Below, piece by piece: positions 17,618 through 28,225 of a stretch of DNA of 64,000 nucleotides (within the stretch, counting starts at the first letter, position 1; each line of letters starts with the position of its first letter). The notes beneath the pieces were generated by a model. The model worked only from the letters and a program-made list of their open reading frames with translations. It was not told the origin of the DNA and did not search any database. The translations under genes and the position numbers were made by a program. The DNA is from an uncultured Planctomycetia bacterium (GTDB taxonomy: Bacteria > Omnitrophota > Gorgyraeia > Duberdicusellales > 4484-171): positions 84,788 through 148,787 of the forward strand of contig CAZVQU010000001.1 in the NCBI GenBank assembly GCA_964629655.1. Reading direction: 5' to 3'.

Positions 17618-19477
17618 TTATTTTTCTCTCTTTCTTGTCGAAGACAAAACCAACATCTTTAAAGATTCCTGATCCTTCATCCTCATCCAATTTGTATAAA
17701 AATCACTCTCGCGTACAATTTGGGCAATTGCCATCAAAGCCCTTAAATGGAAATTTCTTTCGTCTATTGACCCGGCAAGAACAAAAATAATATGTACCGG
17801 GTCTTCTTGGGGTGAAAATACTATTCCCTTACGGGCTCTCACAAGCACAACTTCAAATTTATTCTCACCGGGAACGACAATGTGAGGGATGGCCAAGCCT
17901 TTCTCAATTACCGTATGTGACTCCTCCTCTCTCCTTATCAACAGACTCTTTATCTGAGTAGGACTGATGCTCAAGCGTAAAGAGAGCATTTCGGATATAA
18001 GCTGGAAAAAATCATCTCTATCCATCTTTTTTTCCAAATCCAAAACAATCGAGCTTTCGACTAAATGGTCAAATCTATCCTTTATGATTCTGTCGCGTTT
18101 ATGAAGAATCTCCTTTAATTCGTCTTCTAGGGAGGTATCGACAAACTCTTTTGCTGTAATCCTCTCTACCAAGTGCATAAGCGCGGAATGTCTCTTTATC
18201 TTGCTAACACTTAGTATAAACCAGATGAGACTGGCTCCAATGAAAGAGACACTTATAAGAAGCGGTATCTTACCCATCTCAAAGATTAAAGCGCCATAGA
18301 TGATAATCCCGATAAGTTGAACCCAGGGATAGAGCGGAGATTTAAAAGTTGGGCGATAATTTATAACTTTACTCTCTCTCATTATAATAACTGAAAGGTT
18401 AACGAAAATAAAAAGAAGAATCATCAGGGTTGAAGCTGTCTTTACCAAACTCTCGAGATCTAAAAAAAGTATTAAAATAAGCATAAACAAACCGGTAAAA
18501 ATTATCGAAAAGTAAGGAGTCTGAAATCTCTTAGATACGAGCGAGAACTGAGAAGGAAGCAAGTCGTCTTTGGCCATAGCCAGGGGTGTACGAGAAGAGG
18601 AGAGTATCCCAGCATTAGCTGTGCTAATAAAAGCAGTTAAAGCCGCTAAAGAAATAATTATACCAAAGCCTATGCCACCTAACTTCAGAGCACCTTGGGT
18701 TAAAGGAGTAAAAGTAGAAGTAATTGCCGAAGGTGATAAAATACCAATAGTAACTGCTATGCAAAGACAGTAGAGTATTTGAACAACAAGAAAAGATAAA
18801 ACCATCCCTAAGGGAATGGTCCGGAAAGGATTCTTAGTGTCTTCAGCGATAGAAGCAACCTTGGTAAGCCCGCCATAGGAGATAAAAACCATTCCGATTA
18901 CCGGTAACAATGAACCTGGCCCTTTAGGGAAAAAAGGCTGAAAGTTTTGCCAAGATATGCCTCTTACCCCCAGAAGAATATAAGTAACGCAGGAAAGAAG
19001 AAGAAAAGTAACCATCAAATTTTGAATGCGGGCAGTAAACTTAACGCTAAAAATATTCACTAATACAAAAACTATGCAAAATGAGGCAGCAATCAGTTTT
19101 ATAAGAAAATAGAGCTGGGGATCATTTACTGAAGGAAGAAAGTACTCTAAGAACACTCCGATACCGATTAAAGCAAAGGCACTCTTTAGACTAAGTGAAA
19201 ACCAGCCAGCCAAACCTCCAAATATGCCTAAAAAGGGGCCAAAGCTACGTTCAATGAAAAAGTAGGTTCCGCCAGCCTTAGGCATTGCGCTTAAAAGCTC
19301 TGATTTGCTAAAAATAGAAGGAATTATTAAAAAACCGGCTATAAAATAAGCCAGAATAATAGAAGGTCCACTGTATTTATAGGCAATAGCCGGAAGAATA
19401 AATAAACCTGAAGAGATCATAGTTCCGGTGGCAATACAGAAAATGTCCCATAAATTAAGCTTTTGAGCCGATTCCAT
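17618..19477 (-). CDS. APC-family amino acid permease fused to a C-terminal PTS EIIA-2 domain
   Basis: GTMISSGLF, P.AGG.Y, about 12 TM segments, then REEESHTVIEKGLAIPH EIIA motif. Confidence 0.9.
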   Translation of the reverse strand: MESAQKLNLWDIFCIATGTMISSGLFILPAIAYKYSGPSIILAYFIAGFLIIPSIFSKSELLSAMPKAGGTYFFIERSFGPFLGIFGGLAGWFSLSLKSAFALIGIGVFLEYFLPSVNDPQLYFLIKLIAASFCIVFVLVNIFSVKFTARIQNLMVTFLLLSCVTYILLGVRGISWQNFQPFFPKGPGSLLPVIGMVFISYGGLTKVASIAEDTKNPFRTIPLGMVLSFLVVQILYCLCIAVTIGILSPSAITSTFTPLTQGALKLGGIGFGIIISLAALTAFISTANAGILSSSRTPLAMAKDDLLPSQFSLVSKRFQTPYFSIIFTGLFMLILILFLDLESLVKTASTLMILLFIFVNLSVIIMRESKVINYRPTFKSPLYPWVQLIGIIIYGALIFEMGKIPLLISVSFIGASLIWFILSVSKIKRHSALMHLVERITAKEFVDTSLEDELKEILHKRDRIIKDRFDHLVESSIVLDLEKKMDRDDFFQLISEMLSLRLSISPTQIKSLLIRREEESHTVIEKGLAIPHIVVPGENKFEVVLVRARKGIVFSPQEDPVHIIFVLAGSIDERNFHLRALMAIAQIVRESDFYTNWMRMKDQESLKMLVLSSTRKREK

Positions 19478-19586
19478 GCCAAAATCATACCATAATTTAG
19501 GGCTTGTATAAAGGGCAATTTTTCCAAATTTTGCCTTGAAAAAACGGTAAAATATGGTATATTGGAGAAACTGTAGAGGAGGAAAT

Positions 19587-19745
19587 ATGGCAGAAGTCAG
19601 AATTGATACAAATGAAGATTTCGAAAGAGCCTTGAGAGGATTTAAGGTTCAATGTAAAAAAGAAGGAATTTTGAGGAGGTTTCGGGAACGGCAATATTAC
19701 ACGAAACCATCTCAAAAAAGGAGGGTCAAGAAGAAAAAACGTTAA
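19587..19745 (+). CDS. rpsU: 30S ribosomal protein S21
   Basis: FERALRGFK...EGIL...RERQYYTKPS; AGGAGG SD before ATG 19587. Confidence 0.95.
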   Translation: MAEVRIDTNEDFERALRGFKVQCKKEGILRRFRERQYYTKPSQKRRVKKKKR

Positions 19746-19791
19746 AGGGACTCTTGTGTATGTGAACATGAACGAATAAGGAGAAAACGCA

Positions 19792-20091
19792 ATGGAAGAA
19801 GAAAAAAAGATTTATATTGGCAACTTGGAATTTGGCACTAGCGAAGATGATCTAAAAAAATTCATCGAAGAAAAAGGACTAAGCGCTAAGGATGTAAAAA
19901 TAATAACTGACAAATTTTCTGGTAAATCCAAAGGTTTTGGATTCGCAGAATTTGAAACTGAGGAGCAAACCCAACAAGCTATAGATGCATTAAACGAACA
20001 AGAATTAAACGGCAGAGCATTACGGGTAAGCAAAGCGCAAAAAATGCGCCCCCGGACCGATAGAGGTGACTTTAGCGGCGGAAGATTCTAA
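19792..20091 (+). CDS. RRM (RNP-1) RNA-binding protein
   Basis: RNP2 IYIGNL, RNP1 KGFGFAEF, Gly/Arg tail. Confidence 0.93.
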   Translation: MEEEKKIYIGNLEFGTSEDDLKKFIEEKGLSAKDVKIITDKFSGKSKGFGFAEFETEEQTQQAIDALNEQELNGRALRVSKAQKMRPRTDRGDFSGGRF

Positions 20092-20108
20092 GAAAATTTA
20101 AGTAAATT

Positions 20109-20145
20109 AAAAAGAGGAGGAAATGCCGTTCCCTCCTCTTTTTTT
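20109..20145. terminator. Bidirectional rho-independent terminator
   Basis: AAAAAGAGGAGG...CCTCCTCTTTTT between convergent RRM and addB-like genes. Confidence 0.85.
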
Positions 20146-22957
20146 ATCTGCAAAGTGAAGTAAAAGGACAAAATTGACACCTTCTCTCATCTCGGTCAGA
20201 AACGAATGGTATATTTATATCAAATAGCTCTCTAAATATTGCTTCTAGCCCCTGCAAAGACAGTTCTTCAACTTTTTCTTTTTTTAATATATCCTCTTTA
20301 GAAATAAAAGCTTTACGCTTACATGTACGCACATTATAGATTTCAGCATTTACCTGCCTACCAGGAAAGCTTTTAGAGGTAAAATGATAGTAAAGTGGTA
20401 ATTGAAAGGATTTAATCGTTTCCTTTATTGAATCCCGGTTCATTTCCATGGCTGAGAGAGCCGAAAGCCTCTTAGGCGCAATATTAGCTCCGCCGGTCTT
20501 GTAGTCAATCACTACGATGCTTTTATCTTCTAGCTGATCAATCCTGTCAGCAGTATACCTGAAACGGATAGCTTTATTGTCCATCTCCCAAATACCCTTA
20601 CATTCACTCTCTAGAGAAATTATTTTAGCTACACCCCTCTCAGCTTCGCTATCTAGGAACTTATTCATCCGATTATCTATAATTCGCTTTAGGAGAAATG
20701 AATCAGACCTCATGCGACGGGCAAGACTTTCAAACTTCTCCTCCATCTTCTTAGAAAAAGTCCTTCTAAAACCTTTTTCAATCACTGGTTTTCTGCCTAC
20801 AAAAACTTTAAAAGTATCGGCTAGGAGTTCATGAATAAAAGTTCCGATATGAGGAGCCTGAGGGTCACCAAGTGAATCCTCTCTTTCTCTTAACCCTAAT
20901 AGGTATTGATAGTAAAACTGCAAAGGACAATTGAGGTAAGTATTCAAGCGACTTGCCGAGTAAGTTGCTTTCTTTAAAAACCGCACCATCGCCTCTGTTT
21001 TTTGAACAGTTGGAGCCAAGGAGGTTACTTCGACTGTAAACCGAGCCTTAGGCACAGAAGCAACTTCCAATTTTCCCAGTTCTCTCTGTTTTGTCCAAAG
21101 TAATTCCTCGATAAATCTACTCTTTTCTTTTTCTTGATTCTCTTCATATATCAAATGAACTTTTTTTGCACCTGACGCTAAACGCATAAATTGATACCGC
21201 TGTATCTCTTCTTCCTTCTCGAGACGATTTAGTCCTAGATTTAACATAACTTCACGAGGGATCAAAGGCTCATAAATCTTGAGTTTGGGTAAGACAGCTT
21301 CATTCAAATCCATTATAATTACATTCTCAAAGTTAAGTGAACGAGTCTCAAGAAGTCCTAGGATTTGCGCTCCTCTTAAAGGTGAACCGGTAAAAGAAAT
21401 AACCTCAGCCTGAAGCTTCTGTTGAAAAATATCCCAAATTTCATTAGGATTAAATTTCTCTCTGTTAAATGCTAAACTTCCTAACTCCTGGCCTATCCTG
21501 TATAGTTTTTCTACCACTTTAAGATTGAAAGGGAAATCTCCAACCTTACTCTTCTCGGCCAAAAGATTAAGTAATTCTAAAAATGTAGCACTAAAACAAT
21601 CGAAATCAGAAATACCTTCCCACCTCCTGAAAAACATCTCATGTAATTTAAGCAAAAGGCTCTTACATTCATCAAAGTTTACCGTGATGTCCATATTCTG
21701 GAGGACCTCTTGTGTACGTAAGTAAATCTTCTCTTCTGCCTCTATTTCCCCTAGGCTTAAAAAAAGGCTTCCGCCGATAGACGTATCTTCCTGCCCCTGG
21801 AGAAGTTCTTCTATTTTATGAACCATCACTCGGGTAATTGCTGAGTTCTCACCTATTTCTAAATTCTTTACTAAAGGATGGCGCAAGAGACTCAAGTAAT
21901 CTTTTGTGTAGTAGACGTTACCAGATCTTTGCTCCTGAGACTTTAATATTAAATCAAGCAGAACATAGAGCGAGCTCCTTTTTAAAGGATAGCCTAAGGA
22001 AATATTGAAATCTTTAAGCAAAGACGAAATTCCAGTAAGCAGCGGTATGAGAGTCTGAGGCTGAGGCAAAACAATTAAAGTATTATCCTTGTTTTTAATC
22101 TTGCCAAGAATCTCCCCAACAATACCGACTTGCGAATGCATATCGAACCCCCGGTAAAGAGAAAAATCAGGTTTAGTATCTTCTTTTTGGGACTTAATTG
22201 AAATATTTAATTTTTTAGCATTAGTCGCTAATACTGGCCACTTATCTTGTGAGCCTTGAAAAATACAAACCCCCCTTCCCTCCTCGTGAATACTTTTAAT
22301 AATCTTTTGCTCTACGGCATGAAGATAAAAGAAATTACAGAAAATGATTGTTTCGAATTCTTCATATTTTCCCTCTTGGACGGACTTGGCTGCCTGCAGA
22401 TACCTCAAGCCTCTAGAAGTTAGATTTCTCTTTATTAAAGCCCTATGGTAAGCATCACGCAAAGATATTATCTCGGCAAGTAAATGATTAATGCTTTCAG
22501 GTATTTCATAACCGATACTAGCGCTCTTCTCGATAGACAACAGAGATTGATTATTAATGTCCTCTAAATCGAGCTGTTCAATAAAAGAAATAATCTCTCG
22601 AGCCCAAGGTAGAAAGGTGCTAAAAGATTCCCTTTGCTTTAGGAGCTTAGGAAGATGTTCCTGAGCCAAAGAATAAATAAGAAAGCAAGCATCTAAGTCT
22701 TTGATTTTGTGCTGAGATTGGGGAAAGGAAAGAAAATCAACGAACTCATCCATACTAAAGAAATGCGGAGGTAGGTAAGCCTTCTTTATTCTCTGAGAGA
22801 GCTCTCGTTGCAAAAACAGGGCTGGCCGCCGACCGCCAAAAATACACCCAATGCGACTTAGGTTATTACCCGACTTTAGGAAATTCTCGCTAAGAAAGGT
22901 AGCTAGCTTAGCAATAAAATCTTCACCGAAATTATAGGTAATTACCTTTTCCATCAA
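20144..22957 (-). CDS. addB: AddB-like helicase/nuclease subunit (PD-(D/E)XK, Fe-S staple)
   Basis: ILGLLETRSL.F, YLNCPLQF...CQFCPFTSLC four-Cys staple, ADRID...IDYKTG nuclease. Confidence 0.8.
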   Translation of the reverse strand: MMEKVITYNFGEDFIAKLATFLSENFLKSGNNLSRIGCIFGGRRPALFLQRELSQRIKKAYLPPHFFSMDEFVDFLSFPQSQHKIKDLDACFLIYSLAQEHLPKLLKQRESFSTFLPWAREIISFIEQLDLEDINNQSLLSIEKSASIGYEIPESINHLLAEIISLRDAYHRALIKRNLTSRGLRYLQAAKSVQEGKYEEFETIIFCNFFYLHAVEQKIIKSIHEEGRGVCIFQGSQDKWPVLATNAKKLNISIKSQKEDTKPDFSLYRGFDMHSQVGIVGEILGKIKNKDNTLIVLPQPQTLIPLLTGISSLLKDFNISLGYPLKRSSLYVLLDLILKSQEQRSGNVYYTKDYLSLLRHPLVKNLEIGENSAITRVMVHKIEELLQGQEDTSIGGSLFLSLGEIEAEEKIYLRTQEVLQNMDITVNFDECKSLLLKLHEMFFRRWEGISDFDCFSATFLELLNLLAEKSKVGDFPFNLKVVEKLYRIGQELGSLAFNREKFNPNEIWDIFQQKLQAEVISFTGSPLRGAQILGLLETRSLNFENVIIMDLNEAVLPKLKIYEPLIPREVMLNLGLNRLEKEEEIQRYQFMRLASGAKKVHLIYEENQEKEKSRFIEELLWTKQRELGKLEVASVPKARFTVEVTSLAPTVQKTEAMVRFLKKATYSASRLNTYLNCPLQFYYQYLLGLREREDSLGDPQAPHIGTFIHELLADTFKVFVGRKPVIEKGFRRTFSKKMEEKFESLARRMRSDSFLLKRIIDNRMNKFLDSEAERGVAKIISLESECKGIWEMDNKAIRFRYTADRIDQLEDKSIVVIDYKTGGANIAPKRLSALSAMEMNRDSIKETIKSFQLPLYYHFTSKSFPGRQVNAEIYNVRTCKRKAFISKEDILKKEKVEELSLQGLEAIFRELFDINIPFVSDRDERRCQFCPFTSLCR

Positions 22958-25900
22958 CTAGCCTAGGTTAACCTCTTCCTTTATCATTCTATCTAAATAT
23001 ACTAAAAACCCCCTCACTTCTCGTTTAGGATAAATATCCTTAATAATTTGAACATATTCTTTGATTTGTTTTTCATGGTCAAGCTTTGGGCCTTGAGAAC
23101 TCTTATAATCAACTATCCAGATCTCTTTTTCTCTTACTATTAGACGATCAATTCGTTTACCATCACCAAAATGATTTACCACTTCCTTTTCGCAAAAAAC
23201 ATCAGAATCTGGGATAAAAAAGATATCTCTTAACTCTTTCTTTGCTAACAGCTTCCTTAAACTCTGCTCATAGGGATAAAAATCCTCAATAAATGGATAT
23301 TGTATCCTAGCAAACAACACGGCTTCCTTTATTAACTCTTCGACATCTACACCCTCACAATTTCCAATTCGTGAAAGGATTGTATGCAGTAAGTTTCCTT
23401 CTAGGATATTTTTTCGATTCCTAATGCTTTGCCAATCACCAAACTCACCAAGAATTAACTCTGGCCACTCTTTATATACTAAAGGTAATATGTCTATCGT
23501 CGGTTGCAGGCCTCTTTCCTGTCTTCGATACTTTATTTTGCTTCCGCCCTCCTTTACGCCTTCAGGAATTACATGCCAAGCTTTATTATTGCTATTTGAA
23601 CTCTTCTTAGGAATAAAGATATATAACTCAAACTGAGCCCTAGTTAAAGCAACGTATATATTATTTAACTCATCGATACAGGCCTTCTTATAGCTTTGGA
23701 TATAAATTTCTTGCAGAAGAGGTGAATATACGCGATGGTTATTGGTAATGCGTACTATCCCTAAATCTTTGTACTGGTTAGGTACAACGTAGGAACTACT
23801 ACCTTTTTCGCCAGTCTCGGGGTTTATATCCATACGCAAGAATGGAATAACAACAACGCCAAACTCTAACCCTTTAGATTTATGGATGGTAAGAACCTTT
23901 ACCGAACTACCGTGGACAACATTTACATATAGCTCTTCTTGCGGTGCAACTTCTAAGTATGCGAGAAGCTCGCCTAGGCCTACGTAATTATCCTCTCTCT
24001 GTTTTATTAATTCTAAAAACTTCATGAAGAAAGCTTGATTCTTTTTAAAGTTTTCAGTTACTTTTAAGGCTTGATAAATGCTAACAACTAACTCGTAAGG
24101 AGATATAAATCCTACTGTTTTGAAAAACTTATCAATATATTTATCCCAAATTTCCGGATACCTCTGACGAAACAAACGGTATAGTGGTATGTGCCTGCCA
24201 ATTTTACCTTCTTTGTGAAGACTAAAAATAAACTCGGTAATATCCCGAGAAGCAATATTGGTTGAGCGGCTAAACACCTCTCCAAGAATAAAGCTAGCAA
24301 AACTTAAATCGTCCAAAGGTGAATATAGAAATTTTAGAAATGAAATGATATCTTTTACCAAAAAGTTCTTAATAACATTTAAAGTCTTTTCTGATTCAAC
24401 AGGAAAACCTGCCTCCAAAAGCCATGAGGTTACCAGCTCAACCTCGTTATTGTCCCGGGTAAGAATTGCTATGTCTTCATATTGAAAACGCCCCTTTAAC
24501 TCTCGCAGCAGCCTTAAAATCTTAGGCTGTATGATATCGTCTCGCTCTTGTTTATTTTTTTCTTCAATTCGTTCAACATAGACATAACCCCCAAGATTAC
24601 CCTCTCGCTGCTTCTGCTTTGTATCTTTAAAAATATCGAGAATCTCATCAATGCTCTCTTTCTTCTCGCCCAACTCTTTAGCGATGCCTGAGAAATCAAG
24701 AACAAACTCTAGATTTTCCCTTGAGAATACCTTATTGTTAAACTCGACGATTGCTCTTTGGCTACGCCAATTTTTCATCAGGTAGGCATTTTTTACATTA
24801 AAATGGGTAAACTCCTCCCTAACGGCATCAAAAAGCTTTGCTTCGCCGCCGCGAAAACGGTATATAGCCTGTTTTTTATCGCCAACATAAAATAATGAAC
24901 CGCCTGTAGAGAGTGCCTCCCTAACCATCTCCTCTAAATTACACCATTGTAATAGACTTGTGTCTTGGAATTCATCAATAAGATAGTGTTTAAAACGGGT
25001 AGCTAGACGGTAATAGACTTCGGCAACGGTTATGCCTTCTTCGTCGAAAAGTAAGCGAGCCTTTCGGTTGAGCTCCTCCAAGAATAATACATCCTCCTTC
25101 TTTGAAAGTAACTGGAAAGAACCACTTATTCTCTGATAAAGCGCTATGTAAGGGTTGTAAGCAACGGTTGCATCTAATTCAACCAGCTCCTTTAGCAAAT
25201 TATGAATTCTCTTCCACTTTTTATTAAAGTCGGCCGGAGTTATTTTTTCCTTGTTCATCGGAGCTTGGGGATTTTTCAGATGAGCCGGAAGAGCAGCGAT
25301 ATCAAAAATATCATCGTTTTTATCAAGGAAAGAAAAAATATGCTTCTTAGCGCTGGCGTTCATGCTAGCAGGAAAACATTCAGACAATCCTCTAATCTGG
25401 CCCAAAATAAACTTCTTCTTCTTGATTATATCTCTAGAAACTCCCGGGAAAGAACTAAATGATTTTCCATACTTATTGCTTAATCTAAATAAGGATTGCA
25501 ATAATCCTAAGATGTCCTCCTTAGGAAACCACCCGTTTCTATTCTCGACAAATAGATAATGTTGAAGGAATTCTTCTAACAGTCCTAGCACTTCTTTCTT
25601 CTCTCTTGCTTCTTCGGTCAAGGAATCCAGACAAAAGCAAAGAGATGGAAGATAGTCCCGCTTTATCTTAAAACTAGCTGAACGATCGATGTTTAATGAA
25701 CACCCCAGAAGAAGCGCATTAATAAAACTGTCTATGGTCTGGACTTGGAAAAAGTTATAATGCCTAATGAGCTCATCCATGATGAGTTTAGCTTTACTCT
25801 CAACGCTCTTCTTCTCAACGCCAAGCGAAGACAGAATATCTTCCTCTTCTTCTTTATCCGAAAAAGCATCTAAGGCTAACTTTTTCAGGAACTCGAGGAT

Positions 25901-26104
25901 CCTCTCCTTCATCTCTACCGTGGCTTTGTTGGTAAAGGTAATGGCTAAGATATTTCTTAAAGGAATTTGGTTTGATTCTAATTGAGGATTTATAAGTAAA
26001 TGGAGGTATCTTTTAGTTAGGCAGTAGGTCTTTCCTGAACCGGCAGAAGCTTCAACTACAACAACTTGGGGGAACTCAAGATAGCGGACATCTTTCTCAG
26101 GCAT
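22958..26104 (-). CDS. addA: AddA-like UvrD helicase-nuclease
   Basis: ASAGSGKT, TFTNKA, IDEFQDT, VGDKKQAIYRFRG, TIHKSKGLEF, YVALTRA, C-terminal RIDRL...VDYKS. Confidence 0.85.
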   Translation of the reverse strand: MPEKDVRYLEFPQVVVVEASAGSGKTYCLTKRYLHLLINPQLESNQIPLRNILAITFTNKATVEMKERILEFLKKLALDAFSDKEEEEDILSSLGVEKKSVESKAKLIMDELIRHYNFFQVQTIDSFINALLLGCSLNIDRSASFKIKRDYLPSLCFCLDSLTEEAREKKEVLGLLEEFLQHYLFVENRNGWFPKEDILGLLQSLFRLSNKYGKSFSSFPGVSRDIIKKKKFILGQIRGLSECFPASMNASAKKHIFSFLDKNDDIFDIAALPAHLKNPQAPMNKEKITPADFNKKWKRIHNLLKELVELDATVAYNPYIALYQRISGSFQLLSKKEDVLFLEELNRKARLLFDEEGITVAEVYYRLATRFKHYLIDEFQDTSLLQWCNLEEMVREALSTGGSLFYVGDKKQAIYRFRGGEAKLFDAVREEFTHFNVKNAYLMKNWRSQRAIVEFNNKVFSRENLEFVLDFSGIAKELGEKKESIDEILDIFKDTKQKQREGNLGGYVYVERIEEKNKQERDDIIQPKILRLLRELKGRFQYEDIAILTRDNNEVELVTSWLLEAGFPVESEKTLNVIKNFLVKDIISFLKFLYSPLDDLSFASFILGEVFSRSTNIASRDITEFIFSLHKEGKIGRHIPLYRLFRQRYPEIWDKYIDKFFKTVGFISPYELVVSIYQALKVTENFKKNQAFFMKFLELIKQREDNYVGLGELLAYLEVAPQEELYVNVVHGSSVKVLTIHKSKGLEFGVVVIPFLRMDINPETGEKGSSSYVVPNQYKDLGIVRITNNHRVYSPLLQEIYIQSYKKACIDELNNIYVALTRAQFELYIFIPKKSSNSNNKAWHVIPEGVKEGGSKIKYRRQERGLQPTIDILPLVYKEWPELILGEFGDWQSIRNRKNILEGNLLHTILSRIGNCEGVDVEELIKEAVLFARIQYPFIEDFYPYEQSLRKLLAKKELRDIFFIPDSDVFCEKEVVNHFGDGKRIDRLIVREKEIWIVDYKSSQGPKLDHEKQIKEYVQIIKDIYPKREVRGFLVYLDRMIKEEVNLG

Positions 26105-26122
26105 TAATTGTTACTGGCTTGG

Positions 26123-26473
26123 CTATTTAAAAAATCTATCTTTTATCTGTTTAAAATAATAATTTGCAAATTTTTCTTGTTTCGAATCCTCCACGTCAAT
26201 TACTTCACCGCCACAAAAATAGCCATTTTCCAAATCGATGAACTCTGACCAAACTACTACTATTTTAAGCCTGACTGAATCAAGCTCCTCAGGTATAAAA
26301 TAATCAATAAGAAGAACCTGACCTTTTTGCCACTCAATTTCAGAAGCAAAGCAGACCCCCATTAAGCTAAAGTTCTTACTCTTACCTTTAAGGCAACAAC
26401 CTACCTCATTCAGGGGCCGAATTTCTAGAAAATCCCCAACATCTAATCTTATAAGTCGTCTATTCTCTCCCAT
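26123..26473 (-). CDS. Stand-alone PilZ domain protein
   Basis: RxxxR (RRLIR) and [D/N]xSxxG (NFSLMG) c-di-GMP motifs, VVW. Confidence 0.8.
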   Translation of the reverse strand: MGENRRLIRLDVGDFLEIRPLNEVGCCLKGKSKNFSLMGVCFASEIEWQKGQVLLIDYFIPEELDSVRLKIVVVWSEFIDLENGYFCGGEVIDVEDSKQEKFANYYFKQIKDRFFK

Positions 26474-26517
26474 AGCTTATTAATTATAACAGAAAATGAC
26501 AAAAAGAGGAATTTTCT

Positions 26518-27105
26518 TTAAAGGTACTCGGAATGGAAAATATCCTTAAGAGGCCTTTTGGGAACATGGATCCGCCCCTTTTTATCAAGCCAGTACTTAA
26601 CATTTTTAGAATCACTCTCTAATTTTGGAACCTCATCGGAAAAACCAGCAGCTATTAAAGAATCTATCTCGTATTTTGAAGGTATCTTTAATATTTTGGC
26701 TACAGCGCTCCTGTCTATAGACCCAATCCAGCAACTTCCTACACCTTCAGCCAGAAGTGATAAAATCATATTTTCAACAGATGCCCCGATATCTCTTAAG
26801 TCGAAACTCTTAGCTTTCTTCTTATTCATAAGGATAGCTATGTAAAGAGTTGGCCTCTTGCCAACCGGAGGCATTCTTTTAGGATACAAATAGCCAGCCC
26901 AGCGGGTATGGGGAAATATTTTCTCACGTACTGGCTTTTTTCTTACTGCTAAATACTCTAAGAATTGTAAATTTGCCGCCGAAGGAGCAAGGCGGGCAGC
27001 ATTTATTGCCCGCTTAATTGTGATCAAAGGGATTTCTTTTTGCTTAAAAAGACGTATTGTACGGCGTTTAGTGATCAATTCCTGATAACGGTTGCTTTTT
27101 TCCAC
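26518..27105 (-). CDS. Nitroreductase family flavoprotein
   Basis: RRTIRLF, ARLAPSAANLQ, GVGSCWIG, PKRPL. Confidence 0.9.
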   Translation of the reverse strand: MEKSNRYQELITKRRTIRLFKQKEIPLITIKRAINAARLAPSAANLQFLEYLAVRKKPVREKIFPHTRWAGYLYPKRMPPVGKRPTLYIAILMNKKKAKSFDLRDIGASVENMILSLLAEGVGSCWIGSIDRSAVAKILKIPSKYEIDSLIAAGFSDEVPKLESDSKNVKYWLDKKGRIHVPKRPLKDIFHSEYL

Positions 27106-27133
27106 GACTAAATCTTAAGCTCCTTGCTCTCCT

Positions 27134-28225
27134 CTAGTATCTCGGATATCCCCAAGCAAGAATGTCTTTACCTATCCGTCTTATCTTAAAATTCTCCAGG
27201 CTAGGAGCAACTTTGAGAGTAGGAAATCCTTCTGCGCCTATAGAACTAAGAGCGGCTCTGCCACCTATAACCTTAGGGGCAATGAAGAAAAAAACTTTAT
27301 CTACTTTCCTTTTGACAAAAAACCGACCCAAAGTTTGAGAACCACCCTCGATAAAAACAGACATTATGTCCAAAGAGTAAAGAATCTTTAAAATCTTCTC
27401 TACTGGTAACCAACCTTTTTCTTCTTTTAAAAAGAAAACTTTAACCTTAAGGGGAATATTTTTTCTCTTAAGTTTACTCTTATCCGAGGTAAAAATTATT
27501 AACTTATCAGGGTTTTTCTTTAAAAGGGAGGAATCTAAAGGTATGTTTAACCGAGGAGAAATTACTGCTTTAAAAGGAGACCTTTTTAGACCCTCGAGGC
27601 TAGGATTATCTTTTGTAAAAGTATTAGAACCTATCAAGACACAATCATATTTATCCCTTAGTCTTTTAGAGAATTCTCGGCTTGAGCTTGAGGTAATCCA
27701 TTGGGATATGCCTTTTTGGGTAGCGATCTTTCCGTCTAAACTCTGAGCCACCTTAGCTACCACAAAAGGCTTTTTCTCCCTTATATTTTTAAAAAATACT
27801 TCGTTGACCTCCTGAGCTCCTTTTTTGCATAAACCTACGTCCACTTTAATCCCAGATTTTCTTAACTTTTTTATTGATTTACCATTAACTCTGGGATTAG
27901 GGTCAACTGTAGCAATAACTGCCCTTTTTATGCCTTTTTTAATAATCTCATCAACGCAAGGCCCGGTTCGGCCAAAGTGACAACAAGGCTCTAGGTTAAT
28001 GTAAAGAGTGCTACCGCTTAAGCTCTTCTTAGCTGCTTTTATTGCTTCTAGCTCTGCATGAGGTTTCCCGGCTTTATTATGATAACCATAAGATAAAATC
28101 TTACCATTCTTGACAAAAAGTGCTCCTACCAAGGGATTAGGCGAAGTAAACCCTTCTGCTCTTCTAGCCAAAGAAAAAGTCTTTTTCAAAAAGCAAAGAT
28201 CTTGCTGAGATTCTGCCTTTAGCAC
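27134..28225 (-). CDS. ribD: Riboflavin biosynthesis deaminase/reductase RibD
   Basis: PNPLVGA, HAE, LEPCCHFGRTGPC, SLDGKIA, IEGG; likely GTG start at 28225 after GGGGAG. Confidence 0.95.
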   Translation of the reverse strand: MLKAESQQDLCFLKKTFSLARRAEGFTSPNPLVGALFVKNGKILSYGYHNKAGKPHAELEAIKAAKKSLSGSTLYINLEPCCHFGRTGPCVDEIIKKGIKRAVIATVDPNPRVNGKSIKKLRKSGIKVDVGLCKKGAQEVNEVFFKNIREKKPFVVAKVAQSLDGKIATQKGISQWITSSSSREFSKRLRDKYDCVLIGSNTFTKDNPSLEGLKRSPFKAVISPRLNIPLDSSLLKKNPDKLIIFTSDKSKLKRKNIPLKVKVFFLKEEKGWLPVEKILKILYSLDIMSVFIEGGSQTLGRFFVKRKVDKVFFFIAPKVIGGRAALSSIGAEGFPTLKVAPSLENFKIRRIGKDILAWGYPRY

